Shown here piece by piece: positions 51,911-61,414 of a stretch of 64,000 nt of DNA. The stretch spans positions 1,824,001 through 1,888,000 of the forward strand of contig OY759746.1 of NCBI GenBank assembly GCA_963662795.1, in the 5' to 3' direction. A program made the position numbers and the translations under genes. The notes under the pieces were generated by a model. It was not told where the DNA came from and ran no database searches. It worked only from the letters and a program-made list of their open reading frames with translations. The stretch is from Spirochaetia bacterium (lineage in GTDB: Bacteria > Spirochaetota > Spirochaetia > CADAEX01). Within the stretch, counting starts at the first letter, position 1, and each line of letters opens with the position of its first letter.

Positions 51911-52557
51911 TGAATATACTTGATATTGATGTTGATTTTTTTCAAGATAAAATAATTAGAAATCCAGAATATGAACTAGAAAATATTGCTGATATAAATT
52001 TATGGGAATTATCTGAAATAGAAATCTTCCTAACAAATAGGTGTAATATTATAAAGAGTAAAAATATCTCTTTTTTTAAGGAGCATTTTGAAGTTTATTA
52101 TCAAATAGAAACCATTCATAGAAATATTACTAATAAACGAAATTTAATTATAACTCATATAGATGCCCATAGTGATCTTGGATATGAAAAAGAATTAAAC
52201 ACTACTTACTACCATAATTCTATAAAATCGAGTAATTTTTTATTCTTTGTATTAAAAAACTATCAGGTTATTAAGATGAATATTGTTTTTCCTGAATATT
52301 CTACATTAGATATCCCAGAATACTTATTAGGTCAATTTTATAAATTATCCAATAAGAGAATTAGTAAAATCAAACAGAGAAATATATATCTCAATATCTA
52401 CGACAAGATAATTCCTGTTGATTTATATACCAAAAATACTTTTAACAATAAAACCATATATGACTATGTTTTTATTACGCAATCACCTAAATTCACTTCA
52501 AAAAAATCAGAAGATTTAATTAAATCATTAAGAAAATTATATAGTTTCAAGTGCTGA
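51910..52557 (+). CDS. UPF0489-like (arginase/deacetylase-fold) protein (cassette 18)
   Basis: LDIDVDFF, THIDAHSDL, ITQSPKFT. Confidence 0.65.
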   Translation: MNILDIDVDFFQDKIIRNPEYELENIADINLWELSEIEIFLTNRCNIIKSKNISFFKEHFEVYYQIETIHRNITNKRNLIITHIDAHSDLGYEKELNTTYYHNSIKSSNFLFFVLKNYQVIKMNIVFPEYSTLDIPEYLLGQFYKLSNKRISKIKQRNIYLNIYDKIIPVDLYTKNTFNNKTIYDYVFITQSPKFTSKKSEDLIKSLRKLYSFKC

Positions 52558-52645
52558 CAATATTTTAAAATATTAATGACATTTGATAAAAGAAAGTCCA
52601 GCCTTGGCTCCGCCGTGCGGCTTGGACAAGAAGCGGGAACACTGC

Positions 52646-52799
52646 TTATAACAGCGAATGACCGGTTCCGGCTGTTTCTAAGGAAGCAGCCTCCACCCAA
52701 ATTGCCGAAATAATACATGTTAAGAATAATGGAATAGATTATAAACTTTTGAAGTGAAAAAAACCAACGGCAACTTCGGTCATTCGCGGGACGTTATCC
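52646..52799 (+). repeat. attC-like site 18 (154 bp)
   Basis: Near-identical to site 17. Confidence 0.88.
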
Positions 52800-52887
52800 A
52801 CAATGCCCCGCCAAGAGAAGCGCGTGCCGTCCTGGCACGCAAGAATATAGGAAGCAATTATTCAAAAAGTAAACAAAAGGACTCAAA

Positions 52888-53379
52888 ATGAAAACATTAA
52901 ATGACTATGTAGACGAATATAAGAATCAACTTGAGAAAGGCGATATCCAAATAGCTTATAGATCAATCATGAATTTCATGATGAGTCTAAGGGCATATTT
53001 TGAAAAAAAATATAGTGAATATTATATTTCCGGAAGTATTTATTATGGGTATATGGATATGACATATTTTTCATTCACTCCGGAAGTATTAAAAGAAAAA
53101 AAGTTAAAAATAGCAATTGTTTTTATCCATGAGAGTGTAAGTTTTGAAGTCTGGCTTTCAGGATATAATAAAAGTATTCAGGATAAATACTGGAAGTATT
53201 TTAAAGAAAAGAAATTGAAAAAATACCATGTACCAGAAGATATAAAAGGAAAGGATTCTATAGTTGAATATAAAATAAAAGAAAAAGCTGATTTTAATGA
53301 TTTAAACAAGTTAACAAGTAAAATAGAGAAAGAAATACTTTTATTTATTGAAGATATAACAGCTTATCTTGAAAATTAG
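52888..53379 (+). CDS. Hypothetical protein (cassette 19)
   Basis: 163-aa ORF with RBS; GYMDMTYFSF, FEVWLSG. Confidence 0.7.
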   Translation: MKTLNDYVDEYKNQLEKGDIQIAYRSIMNFMMSLRAYFEKKYSEYYISGSIYYGYMDMTYFSFTPEVLKEKKLKIAIVFIHESVSFEVWLSGYNKSIQDKYWKYFKEKKLKKYHVPEDIKGKDSIVEYKIKEKADFNDLNKLTSKIEKEILLFIEDITAYLEN

Positions 53380-53446
53380 AAATGTTTAAAGAAAACTTGA
53401 TTTATAGTATAAACATAGTATATACTATGGATAGAGGTTAATTTAT

Positions 53447-53683
53447 ATGCAAACTGTAATAAAGAAATGGGGAAACAGCCTTGGAATAAGAATCCCAAGC
53501 CTTATAGCTAAAGATTTATCTCTTAAAGAAGGATCTTGTGTTGATATTGAAGATGAGAGAGGGAGAATAGTAATAAAACCCAAGAAAAAGAATGATTTAA
53601 AGGAAATGCTTAAAAATATCAGTGATAATAACCTCCATGGCGAATTTGAAACAGAAAGTCCTGTAGGAAATGAGGCATGGTAA
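53447..53683 (+). CDS. mazE: AbrB/MazE antitoxin (cassette 19)
   Basis: KKWGNSLGIRIP, PVGNEAW. Confidence 0.9.
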   Translation: MQTVIKKWGNSLGIRIPSLIAKDLSLKEGSCVDIEDERGRIVIKPKKKNDLKEMLKNISDNNLHGEFETESPVGNEAW

Positions 53684-54021
53684 AGAAAGATTATGTACCA
53701 GAAAGGGGTGATATAATCTGGTTAAACTTTACCCCGCAATCAGGACACGAGCAGATGGGAAAAAGACCTGCGATAGTAATATCTCCTAAAGAATATAATG
53801 AAAAGGTAGGTCTTGGAATATTTTGTCCCATAACCAGTAAAGAGAAAGGCTATCCATTTGAGATTAAAATAAAAAGTAAGAAAATAGATGGGGTAGTATT
53901 ATCAGATCAGGTAAAAAGTCTTGACTGGAAGGCTCGGGATGCAGAGTTTATAGTTAAAGCAAGTAAAGAAGAGATAAAAGAAGTAATAGAGAAAATAACT
54001 GTTTTAATACTTGAAGAATAG
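53677..54021 (+). CDS. mazF: MazF toxin (cassette 19)
   Basis: PERGDIIWLNF.PQSGHEQ.GKRPA, CPITS, DQVKSLDW. Confidence 0.92.
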   Translation: MVKKDYVPERGDIIWLNFTPQSGHEQMGKRPAIVISPKEYNEKVGLGIFCPITSKEKGYPFEIKIKSKKIDGVVLSDQVKSLDWKARDAEFIVKASKEEIKEVIEKITVLILEE

Positions 54022-54076
54022 GAAAAGGAGAATCAAGCTGCCGTCCATGGCAGCTTGATTAAGGCGGGGCACTGGT

Positions 54077-54247
54077 GGATAACAGAGGATAATGCGCTTC
54101 GCTCCCTTTGGTCGCTTGGGCTTCGCCACACATCGTAGGGTTTGAACTACAACTTTTAGAATCAACAGGGTTTGGAAGAGAAATACTACAGCTTTTAGAT
54201 ATACATGCATATTCTGCGATGCGTCGCTTATCCTCGAGACGTTATAT
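54077..54247 (+). repeat. attC-like site 19 (171 bp)
   Basis: GGATAAC...CCTCGAGAC-GTTATAT. Confidence 0.88.
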
Positions 54248-54390
54248 GCAATACGACCCCAAGAGGACATCGCCCGGACCTCCGGCCCACGGGCGAAGAA
54301 AATGGTATCTGCTGTATAATATACTTTTACTTTATACATAAGATATATAGTTTTCTAGTTATTTAATATGTTATGTGTATATAGGGTAAA

Positions 54391-56331
54391 ATGAAAAGAA
54401 AATTTACATTAGATGATATGAAATTACTCGCTAAAAAGCATGGAGGAGAATGCCTTTCAAAAGAATATAAAAATAAGAAAACTAAGTTGACCTGGAAGTG
54501 TGGAAAAGGACACATATGGGAAGCTGCTCCAAATTCTTTGTTATATACGGATACGTGGTGCCCAGTCTGTGGAAGGGAGAAAAGTATTGAGGGTAGACGT
54601 TTAGGGATAGAAAAAGTAAGAGATATTGGTAAAAAGAGAGGATTTATTCTAATAACAAAATTGTATATAAACTCTGAGCAAAAACTTGACTGGCAATGTA
54701 TAAATGGCCATATTTTTAAAGCTAATATAACCACAATAAAAAATGGAAAGTATCCTTGTCCAGATTGTAGAAAAGAACAAAGAACAGCTCATAATAAGAA
54801 GAAAATAGATTATTTCTATAAATATGTAAAAAACCGTAATGGTAAATTAGTTAAGGTAATAAGTGATAATGAATTTCTTTTTGAATGTGATCAAGGACAT
54901 CAATGGATTGGAACTAGAACAAGTGTAATTTCTGGTAGCTGGTGTGTAAAATGTTCATATAAAAAAAGAGGTATAGAGAAAAGAAATAAAATAGATGAAT
55001 ATCAGCTTATAGCAAAGGAACGTGGTGGTAAACTTTTATCAACGGAATATAAAAGAATATCAGATAAATTAAAATGGGAATGCAAACAGGGGCATGTTTG
55101 GGAAGCTTCGGCAGGAAGTGTTAAAGCAGGGAGTTGGTGTCCTCAGTGTTCGTCAGGTTTAGGTGAAAGAATATGTAGATTATATTTTAATAAAATATTT
55201 AGTGAAAAATTTATAAGGGCATATCCTGAATGGTTTAGAAATGAACGTGGGAATTTGATGGAGCTTGATGGATATTCAAAGAAATTGAGTATAGCTTTTG
55301 AACATCAGGGTGAGCAACATTATTCTTTAAAGACAAGATATATTAATGATAAAGAAAATTTAAAAAAAAGGATTATGGATGATGAATTAAAAGCTGAGCT
55401 TTGTAATAAACATAATGTTGCTTTATTCATAATACCATCGATAAATCATATAATCCAAATCTCTGAAATGATTGGGGTTATAAAAGATGAAGCTAAAAGA
55501 TTGAATATACAATTACCAAGTAATATTGATGATATAGAAGTTGATATTAATTCAGCATATAAAGTAGATTTCCATCGTGAAAAATATATGGAGTTAAAGG
55601 AAATTGCGCATAAAAAAGGTGGAGAAATCATATCTGAAATTTATGAAAGCGATAGAAAGAAATTAAAATTTAAATGTAAAGAAGGTCATATCTGGGAAAC
55701 AATTCCAAAAGATGTTTTTAGAGGGCATTGGTGCAGGAAATGTGCTGCAAAAGAAAGAGCAGAAAAACAAAGAATTACAATTTCTGAAATTAATGACTTG
55801 GTAAAGAATAAAGGTAGATGTCTTTCTGAAGAATATCTTGGATATGATGAGCCTTTATTATTTATTTGTAATGAAGGACATAAATTTAAATTAACTCCAA
55901 AAGCCATTAAAAGAAGAACTTGGTGCCCTGAATGTATGAAAATTGATAAAAGTAAATTATCAAAGCCTAAATTTAAAGAATATAATGAAATTGCAAAAGC
56001 AAGAGGTGGAAAATTACTTTCAAAAGATTATATCAATGATAAGAAGGATTTATTATGGGAATGTTCAAAAGGGCATACATGGCAGGCAAATGGTTACAAT
56101 ATAAAAAATAGTAAAACATGGTGTCCTATATGTGCAAAAAATCAACCCTTTACAATTGAATATATAAAAGAATATATATCTAAATATGAAGGTGAGTGTT
56201 TAAGTACAGAATATAAAAATTATAGAACAGTTTTGAAATTTAGATGTAAAAATGGTCATGTTTTTGAAAATAGCTTTATTAATATAAAACGTGGTGTCTG
56301 GTGTCCTAAATGTAAAGAAAATAACACATAA
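54391..56331 (+). CDS. Zinc-ribbon repeat protein (8 CxxGH...CxxC repeats) with central PD-(D/E)xK/Vsr-like nuclease domain (cassette 20)
   Basis: 4 repeats, then GERICR...ELDGY...AFEHQGEQHY, then 4 repeats. Confidence 0.75.
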   Translation: MKRKFTLDDMKLLAKKHGGECLSKEYKNKKTKLTWKCGKGHIWEAAPNSLLYTDTWCPVCGREKSIEGRRLGIEKVRDIGKKRGFILITKLYINSEQKLDWQCINGHIFKANITTIKNGKYPCPDCRKEQRTAHNKKKIDYFYKYVKNRNGKLVKVISDNEFLFECDQGHQWIGTRTSVISGSWCVKCSYKKRGIEKRNKIDEYQLIAKERGGKLLSTEYKRISDKLKWECKQGHVWEASAGSVKAGSWCPQCSSGLGERICRLYFNKIFSEKFIRAYPEWFRNERGNLMELDGYSKKLSIAFEHQGEQHYSLKTRYINDKENLKKRIMDDELKAELCNKHNVALFIIPSINHIIQISEMIGVIKDEAKRLNIQLPSNIDDIEVDINSAYKVDFHREKYMELKEIAHKKGGEIISEIYESDRKKLKFKCKEGHIWETIPKDVFRGHWCRKCAAKERAEKQRITISEINDLVKNKGRCLSEEYLGYDEPLLFICNEGHKFKLTPKAIKRRTWCPECMKIDKSKLSKPKFKEYNEIAKARGGKLLSKDYINDKKDLLWECSKGHTWQANGYNIKNSKTWCPICAKNQPFTIEYIKEYISKYEGECLSTEYKNYRTVLKFRCKNGHVFENSFINIKRGVWCPKCKENNT

Positions 56332-56473
56332 CAAAAAAAATGCAGTTGTCGCCGTCTATTGTCACGATTCTGGCAGAGACGTTCCGCGCTGATCGCGCTC
56401 CACTCCAGAATCGCGCCAATTCCTTCAGCCTACGGCTTCAGGATCGAGGGCGCAACTGATTTTGTCGTTATAC
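56326..56473 (+). repeat. Foreign-type attC nested inside cassette 20
   Basis: ACATAAC overlaps stop codon; AAAATGCAGTTG...CAACTGATTTT arms; ends GTTATAC. Confidence 0.6.
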
Positions 56474-56547
56474 TGGAATATTTAGAAAAGAGGAAAAGTC
56501 CGGCCTTGGCGGTGCCGTGCGGCCTGGACAAGAAGGGGTCGTACTGC

Positions 56548-56719
56548 ATATAACAGAGGATAATTCGCTTCGCTCGGATTACCTCGCTTGGCCTTCGGCA
56601 TATTTTGCTATCATCAAACTTGAACAGTAAAAGTTGAACCCTTTTCAAGATTAACAAAGTAGACATAAATGTTTTAGAGTTTTAACCGCAAAACATCGCT
56701 TATCCTCGGGACGTTATGC
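56548..56719 (+). repeat. attC-like site 20 (172 bp)
   Basis: Similar to sites 12/13. Confidence 0.88.
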
Positions 56720-56840
56720 TCAATACCAGCCGCAAGAGGAAATCGCCCGGACCTCCGGCCAACGGGCGAGAGAGAAGAAGAAACAATAAGTATAGATTAA
56801 ACTGTAAAAGATAAGAAATGCTTATGGAAAGTGAAAGAAC

Positions 56841-56869
56841 TTGACAATAATATGTAATAACAATATAAT
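56841..56869 (+). promoter_or_regulatory. Sigma70 consensus promoter of TA cassette 21
   Basis: TTGACA-17bp-TATAAT, identical to 39529. Confidence 0.8.
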
Positions 56870-56887
56870 TACAGCAAGAGGTAAAGA

Positions 56888-57136
56888 ATGATAGTTTCTG
56901 TTGTTCCAATTGGAAATTCGAAAGGAATACGTCTTCCAAAAGCATTATTAAATCAACTAAAAATATCAGATAAACTGGATTTAGAAGTAGAAGATCAGAA
57001 AATAATACTTAAACCTGTATCTGATAATCCAAGAGCAGGATGGAATTTGGCTTTTAAAGATATGCATGAAAAAAATGAAGATCAATTATTGATAAATGAA
57101 AGTATTGATTCTAAGGATTTCAAATGGGAATGGTAA
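56888..57136 (+). CDS. mazE: AbrB/MazE-type antitoxin (cassette 21; near-identical to 39576)
   Basis: IGNSKGIRLPK; one residue differs from the cassette 11 copy. Confidence 0.85.
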   Translation: MIVSVVPIGNSKGIRLPKALLNQLKISDKLDLEVEDQKIILKPVSDNPRAGWNLAFKDMHEKNEDQLLINESIDSKDFKWEW

Positions 57137-57453
57137 TAAATCAGTATGAAGTCTATCTGGTTGAGCTTGATCCAACAAAGGGACATGAAATACAAAAAAC
57201 GAGACCTTGTTTAATTATTTCCCCTGATGAAATGAATCATAATATAAGTACTGTCATTATTGCTCCAATGACAACAAAATCACATAATTATCCAACACGG
57301 ATAGAATTAAAGTTTTTAGGAAAAAAGGGATGGATAGTATTAGACCAAATAAGAACGATAGACAAACAAAGATTAATAAAAAAAATTGGTAAAATTGAAA
57401 TTAATGAAGTAAGAAAAGTAAAAGAAACTATTAAAGAAATGTTGGTTGATTAA
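57124..57453 (+). CDS. mazF: PemK/MazF toxin (cassette 21; paralogue of 39812)
   Basis: LDPTKGHEIQKTRP, DQIRTIDK. Confidence 0.9.
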   Translation: MGMVINQYEVYLVELDPTKGHEIQKTRPCLIISPDEMNHNISTVIIAPMTTKSHNYPTRIELKFLGKKGWIVLDQIRTIDKQRLIKKIGKIEINEVRKVKETIKEMLVD

Positions 57454-57691
57454 TAAGTCAAATTACATATAGAAAAGAGATTAAATATTTTAAAAATAAA
57501 GAAAAGCAGTCGTACAACTTGGAGAAGAAGTAAGGCAATTGTGGATAATTGCGATTAGTTCACAGCATTCCCTGTGGTCGCTTAGATTTAGCTAAACATC
57601 ATAATTAAAAATATTAAGCAAATTTAAAAATACCCCCATGATTTGCAATTTTTCAATTCTCAACAAACGCTAAGCGGTAATCTGCCATATT

Positions 57692-58575
57692 TTATGAGGC
57701 AAGTGGTAATTCTAATTGTTTCATGACGCTTATTTTGGGAATATCAACTTCGATTGAATCAATTGGACTTTTAATATTCAAAAGATCAAACCTTTGTGCA
57801 TGCAAGTATATCATTGTAGAGTTTATTGAAGAGTGCCCTAAGAGTCGCATAATATAAAATATATTTACATTATGCTCTAATAGATGTGTTGCAAAACTAT
57901 GCCTTAATGTGTGAACATGTGCAGATTTATTTATATTTGTTTTACTAAAATATTTCTGAAAAACCTCCTGAACACGCCTTATTTTCATAGGTATAGCTTT
58001 ATTTCGAAGATTAAAAAATAAATAATTAATAGGAACATAATTCTTTATATATTCTTTTAATAATTTAATTGTATTGTCACCAATTATCGCATATCTTTCT
58101 TTTCTATTTTTTGATTCTGACACAAAAATAAGTTTTCTGTTAAAATCTATATCAGATATTTTAATGTTTAAGCCTTCTGATATACGAAGCCCTGAAGAAT
58201 ATAGTAATGTGAACAAAGTTTTATATCTAAAATCATAACAGTTGTCTAAAAACAGTTTTACTTCTTCTTTTGTCAGAATAGTTGGAACTTTAAAACTTTT
58301 TTTGGTCTTGGGATGGAAATAATATATTCTCTCATATTGTGAAGAGAAAAGAAAAATAAAAGAGCATGATAATAACAATGAATTATGGAGGGACTATTAC
58401 CTGAATCATATAAATAAAAGAAAAATCGTCTTAATTCCTGTTTTGTTATATCTGTGGGTTTTTTATTGAAAAATAAAGCAAGTTTATTAACATAAAAGAC
58501 ATATTGATTTATAGTTCTTTGGCTATATCCTTGTAAAGTCATTTCTTCAATCATGTGTTCACGTAAATATCCCAT
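57692..58575 (-). pseudogene. Second tyrosine recombinase, frameshifted at an A7 run (58297-58303)
   Basis: SAM-like N-terminus (LREHMIEEMTLQGYSQRT) in one frame, catalytic domain (YSSGLRISE, HTLRHSFATH, LLGH, TMIYLH) in the -1 frame. Confidence 0.8.
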
Positions 58576-58675
58576 AATTATCTCCTATAAAAAATAAGTA
58601 TTTCAGTATGGAAAATATTTGAAAATGTTTAAAGCTATTATTTTATACTTTTAGAATTATATAATAAAAAATGTA

Positions 58676-58800
58676 AAGCAAGATAGATAATAACCGCTTA
58701 AAACAGCACCTCAAGCTGGGGAAGTTAAAATTAAAAAAGATACTGTAAATATATTGCTTTAGAAGAATTTATTAAATGAAGGGACATAGAAAATATTTTT
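58676..58800 (+). pseudogene. vapB-like antitoxin remnant
   Basis: Reads IDNNRLKQHLKLGEVKIKKDTVN then shifts to ALEEFIK*, resembling KTKKDTVNLALKEFIQ of 24167. Confidence 0.5.
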
Positions 58801-58963
58801 GTGATCAAAAAAATAAGAGATTCCAGTAGATGGTTTTAGAAAGAAAAAATATTTTTAACAACATCTGAAATAACAGAAATTGATTATGTCATTTTAAAGA
58901 ATAAGAATTGAGTCCGGCCTTGGCGGTGCCGTGCGGCCTGGACAAGAAGCGGCTGGTACTGGA

Positions 58964-59134
58964 GCATAACAGAGGATAATTCGCTGCGCTCGGAGTACCT
59001 CGCTTGGCCTGCGGCATATTTTGCTATCATCAAAACAGTTCAAATTATGTTTATACTCTATTTAAATATATTTCTTAAGACTATTCGTTGAAAAAGGTTT
59101 TAGCAAAACATCGCTTATCCTCGGGACGTTATAA
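58964..59134 (+). repeat. attC-like site 21 (171 bp)
   Basis: Similar to sites 3/9. Confidence 0.88.
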
Positions 59135-59362
59135 GCAATGTTCCCGCAAGAGAAAATCGCCCGGACCTCCGGCCGACGGGCGAGGAATAATGATAAAAAT
59201 TCTATATTATGAATATCTTCTGCATATATGAAGGTTTTTAATGAAAGTAAATTGTCAATACCAGAGAATACAGAATATAAAAACCAAATATTTATTGTAG
59301 ATTATAAAAATGATTTGATATATCTGCTTGACAGATATATCTGTATGGCATATATTATTTGT

Positions 59363-59644
59363 ATGATTCGATCTTTTGGGGATGAGGAGACAGAAAAGAT
59401 TTTTAGGCAAGAAAAATCAAAGAAATTGCCTCCAGAGATACAAAAGAGAGCTTTAATAAAATTATTGCTCCTTGAAGCTGCAACAACAGAAGATGATTTA
59501 AAGGTTCCACCATCGAATCGTTTTGAACATCTAAAGGGTAAATTAAAAGAATATTGTTCAGTGAGAATCAATAATCAGTGGCGTGTACAATTCAAAATGA
59601 AAAATGGGGAATTATATGATGTTTCAATTGTGGATTATCACTGA
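59363..59644 (+). CDS. higB: HigB (RelE/ParE-family) toxin (cassette 22)
   Basis: MIRSFGDEETEKIF, PPSNRFEHLKG, SVRINNQWR, DYH; TTGACA and ACAGATATATCTGT palindrome just upstream. Confidence 0.88.
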   Translation: MIRSFGDEETEKIFRQEKSKKLPPEIQKRALIKLLLLEAATTEDDLKVPPSNRFEHLKGKLKEYCSVRINNQWRVQFKMKNGELYDVSIVDYH

Positions 59645-59657
59645 GAGGAAGGATTAA

Positions 59658-59960
59658 ATGAGAAAAGATACTATCGAAACACCAAAAATTGGAGATATTC
59701 TAAAAGAAGAATTTCTCGAACCATTAGATATTTCTGCATACCGGCTTGCAAAAGAAATAAATGTTTCAACAAGTTCTATACTGGATATACTACATAATAA
59801 ACGGAAGATATCTGTGGAAATGGCATTAAGATTAGCTAAGTATTTTGGTACATCATCAAAATTTTGGTTAAATTTGCAAAACGAATTAGATCTTAGAGAA
59901 ACAAAACACAAAATAGAAAAGGAATTAGAAAAAATCACATTACATGCACATATTGCATAA
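59658..59960 (+). CDS. higA: HigA antitoxin (cassette 22)
   Basis: GDILKEEFLEPL, AYRLAK, MALRLAKYFGTS..FWLNLQ. Confidence 0.92.
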   Translation: MRKDTIETPKIGDILKEEFLEPLDISAYRLAKEINVSTSSILDILHNKRKISVEMALRLAKYFGTSSKFWLNLQNELDLRETKHKIEKELEKITLHAHIA

Positions 59961-60072
59961 ATCAAATACACCTTATAAAAATAGCTTTATCTGATAGGTT
60001 TGTAATTACTTTATAATAAAGTCCGGCCTTGGCTTCCAGCCGTACGGCCTGGACAAGAAGCGGGAACACTGC

Positions 60073-60243
60073 TTATAACAGAGGATACTGCGCTACGCTC
60101 GGAGGACCTCGCTTGGCCTGCGGCATATTTTGCATTTTGATAATCAACACAATTAAGAATATCTTGTTTTCAGTATTGATAACCACAAAATATTAAATCT
60201 TTTAGTATTTTGCAAAACATCGCGTATCCTCAGGACGTTATAA
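60073..60243 (+). repeat. attC-like site 22 (171 bp)
   Basis: TTATAAC-AGAGGATAC...GTATCCTCAGGAC-GTTATAA. Confidence 0.88.
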
Positions 60244-60438
60244 GCAATGTTCCCGCAAGAGGAAATCGCCCGGACCTCCGGCCGACGGGCGAAGATATAT
60301 GAATCAGAATATCTCTTTGAGAAAGACTCAGAAGTTAATTCAATAACAAAGGTAAAAATATTTACATAAGTATACAGTTTTTAAAAATAATTCAGAAAAA
60401 GCTTGTTAAATACGATATATTATCGTATATTTCATCTT

Positions 60439-60648
60439 ATGAAAGTAACTGCAATAATCGCTGATGAACTAATAAATGAAGTTAAACACTATTCAAATAG
60501 TACCACAACAACAGAGGCCATAACTATAGCCTTGAGAGATTGGCTTGATATTCATCATATTAAAGAATTAAATGCGCAAATATCAAAAACCCCTATTACT
60601 TTTAATTATTCTGCAAAAAAGATAAGAGAAGTAAATAGAAAATCATGA
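60439..60648 (+). CDS. VapB-like antitoxin (cassette 23)
   Basis: MKVTAIIADELI RHH-like; overlaps PIN gene; ATACGATA-TAT-TATCGTAT palindrome upstream. Confidence 0.7.
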   Translation: MKVTAIIADELINEVKHYSNSTTTTEAITIALRDWLDIHHIKELNAQISKTPITFNYSAKKIREVNRKS

Positions 60649-61019
60649 TAATTCTTGATACTTCTGTTTGGATAGAGTTTTTAAAAGCAAATACGGAATA
60701 TTACAATCAAATTGCACAATTATTAGAAAAAAAGGAAGTACTTGCGGTAGAATGTGTATTTGGAGAATTATTTCAGGGAATAAAGAGTGAAAGAGAAAAA
60801 TCTTTAATATCAGAATACTGGAAATACCTTCCTAAAATTGACAGTTCAGGATTATTTATAGAGGCAGGAATATATTCGAATAAAAACAAATTATTGGATA
60901 AAGGAGTGGGTCTTATTGATTCATTAATTTTGGTACATGCATTGAAATTAAAAATATCAATATGGACTCTCGATAAAAAATTACTAAAAATAATACCAAA
61001 AGAACTTATTTATAAATAA
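60645..61019 (+). CDS. vapC: PIN-domain VapC toxin (cassette 23)
   Basis: ILDTSVWIEF, GELFQG, IDSLI, WTLDKKL. Confidence 0.88.
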   Translation: MIILDTSVWIEFLKANTEYYNQIAQLLEKKEVLAVECVFGELFQGIKSEREKSLISEYWKYLPKIDSSGLFIEAGIYSNKNKLLDKGVGLIDSLILVHALKLKISIWTLDKKLLKIIPKELIYK

Positions 61020-61108
61020 TTAATTACAAATAAAAATATAACAAAAAAAACAATATTAGTCCGGCCTTGGCTCCGCCGTACGGCCAGGACAAGAAGCGGG
61101 AACACTGC

Positions 61109-61295
61109 TTATAACAGCGGATGACCAGTTCCGGCTGGTGGAAAGTAAAATATAAGGGAAAGACCAGCCTTCACCCAAATTGCCTATTTTGGAAATCCTT
61201 TTGAATAATATAAAATATTAGGGAAGAGTTTAAACAGTTGTTGTACAATTCAATTGAATAATCCGGCAACTTCGGTCATCCGCGGGACGTTAGCA
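61109..61295 (+). repeat. attC-like site 23 (187 bp)
   Basis: Similar to site 1; TTATAAC-AGCGGATGACC...GGTCATCCGCGGGAC-GTTAGCA. Confidence 0.85.
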
Positions 61296-61414
61296 GCAAT
61301 ACGTCCCCAAGAAGACAATCGCCCGGACCTCCGGCCAACGGGCGAGGATAGGTGGTAATAATATTTTTTCAAAAACAGTTGAAATTAAAAATATGAGAAA
61401 TAACTGATAAAATT

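Noticed and set aside
59228-59362. Longer start for higB
   Set aside because: Region holds the TTGACA promoter and operator palindrome; the family-typical start MIRSF is at 59363
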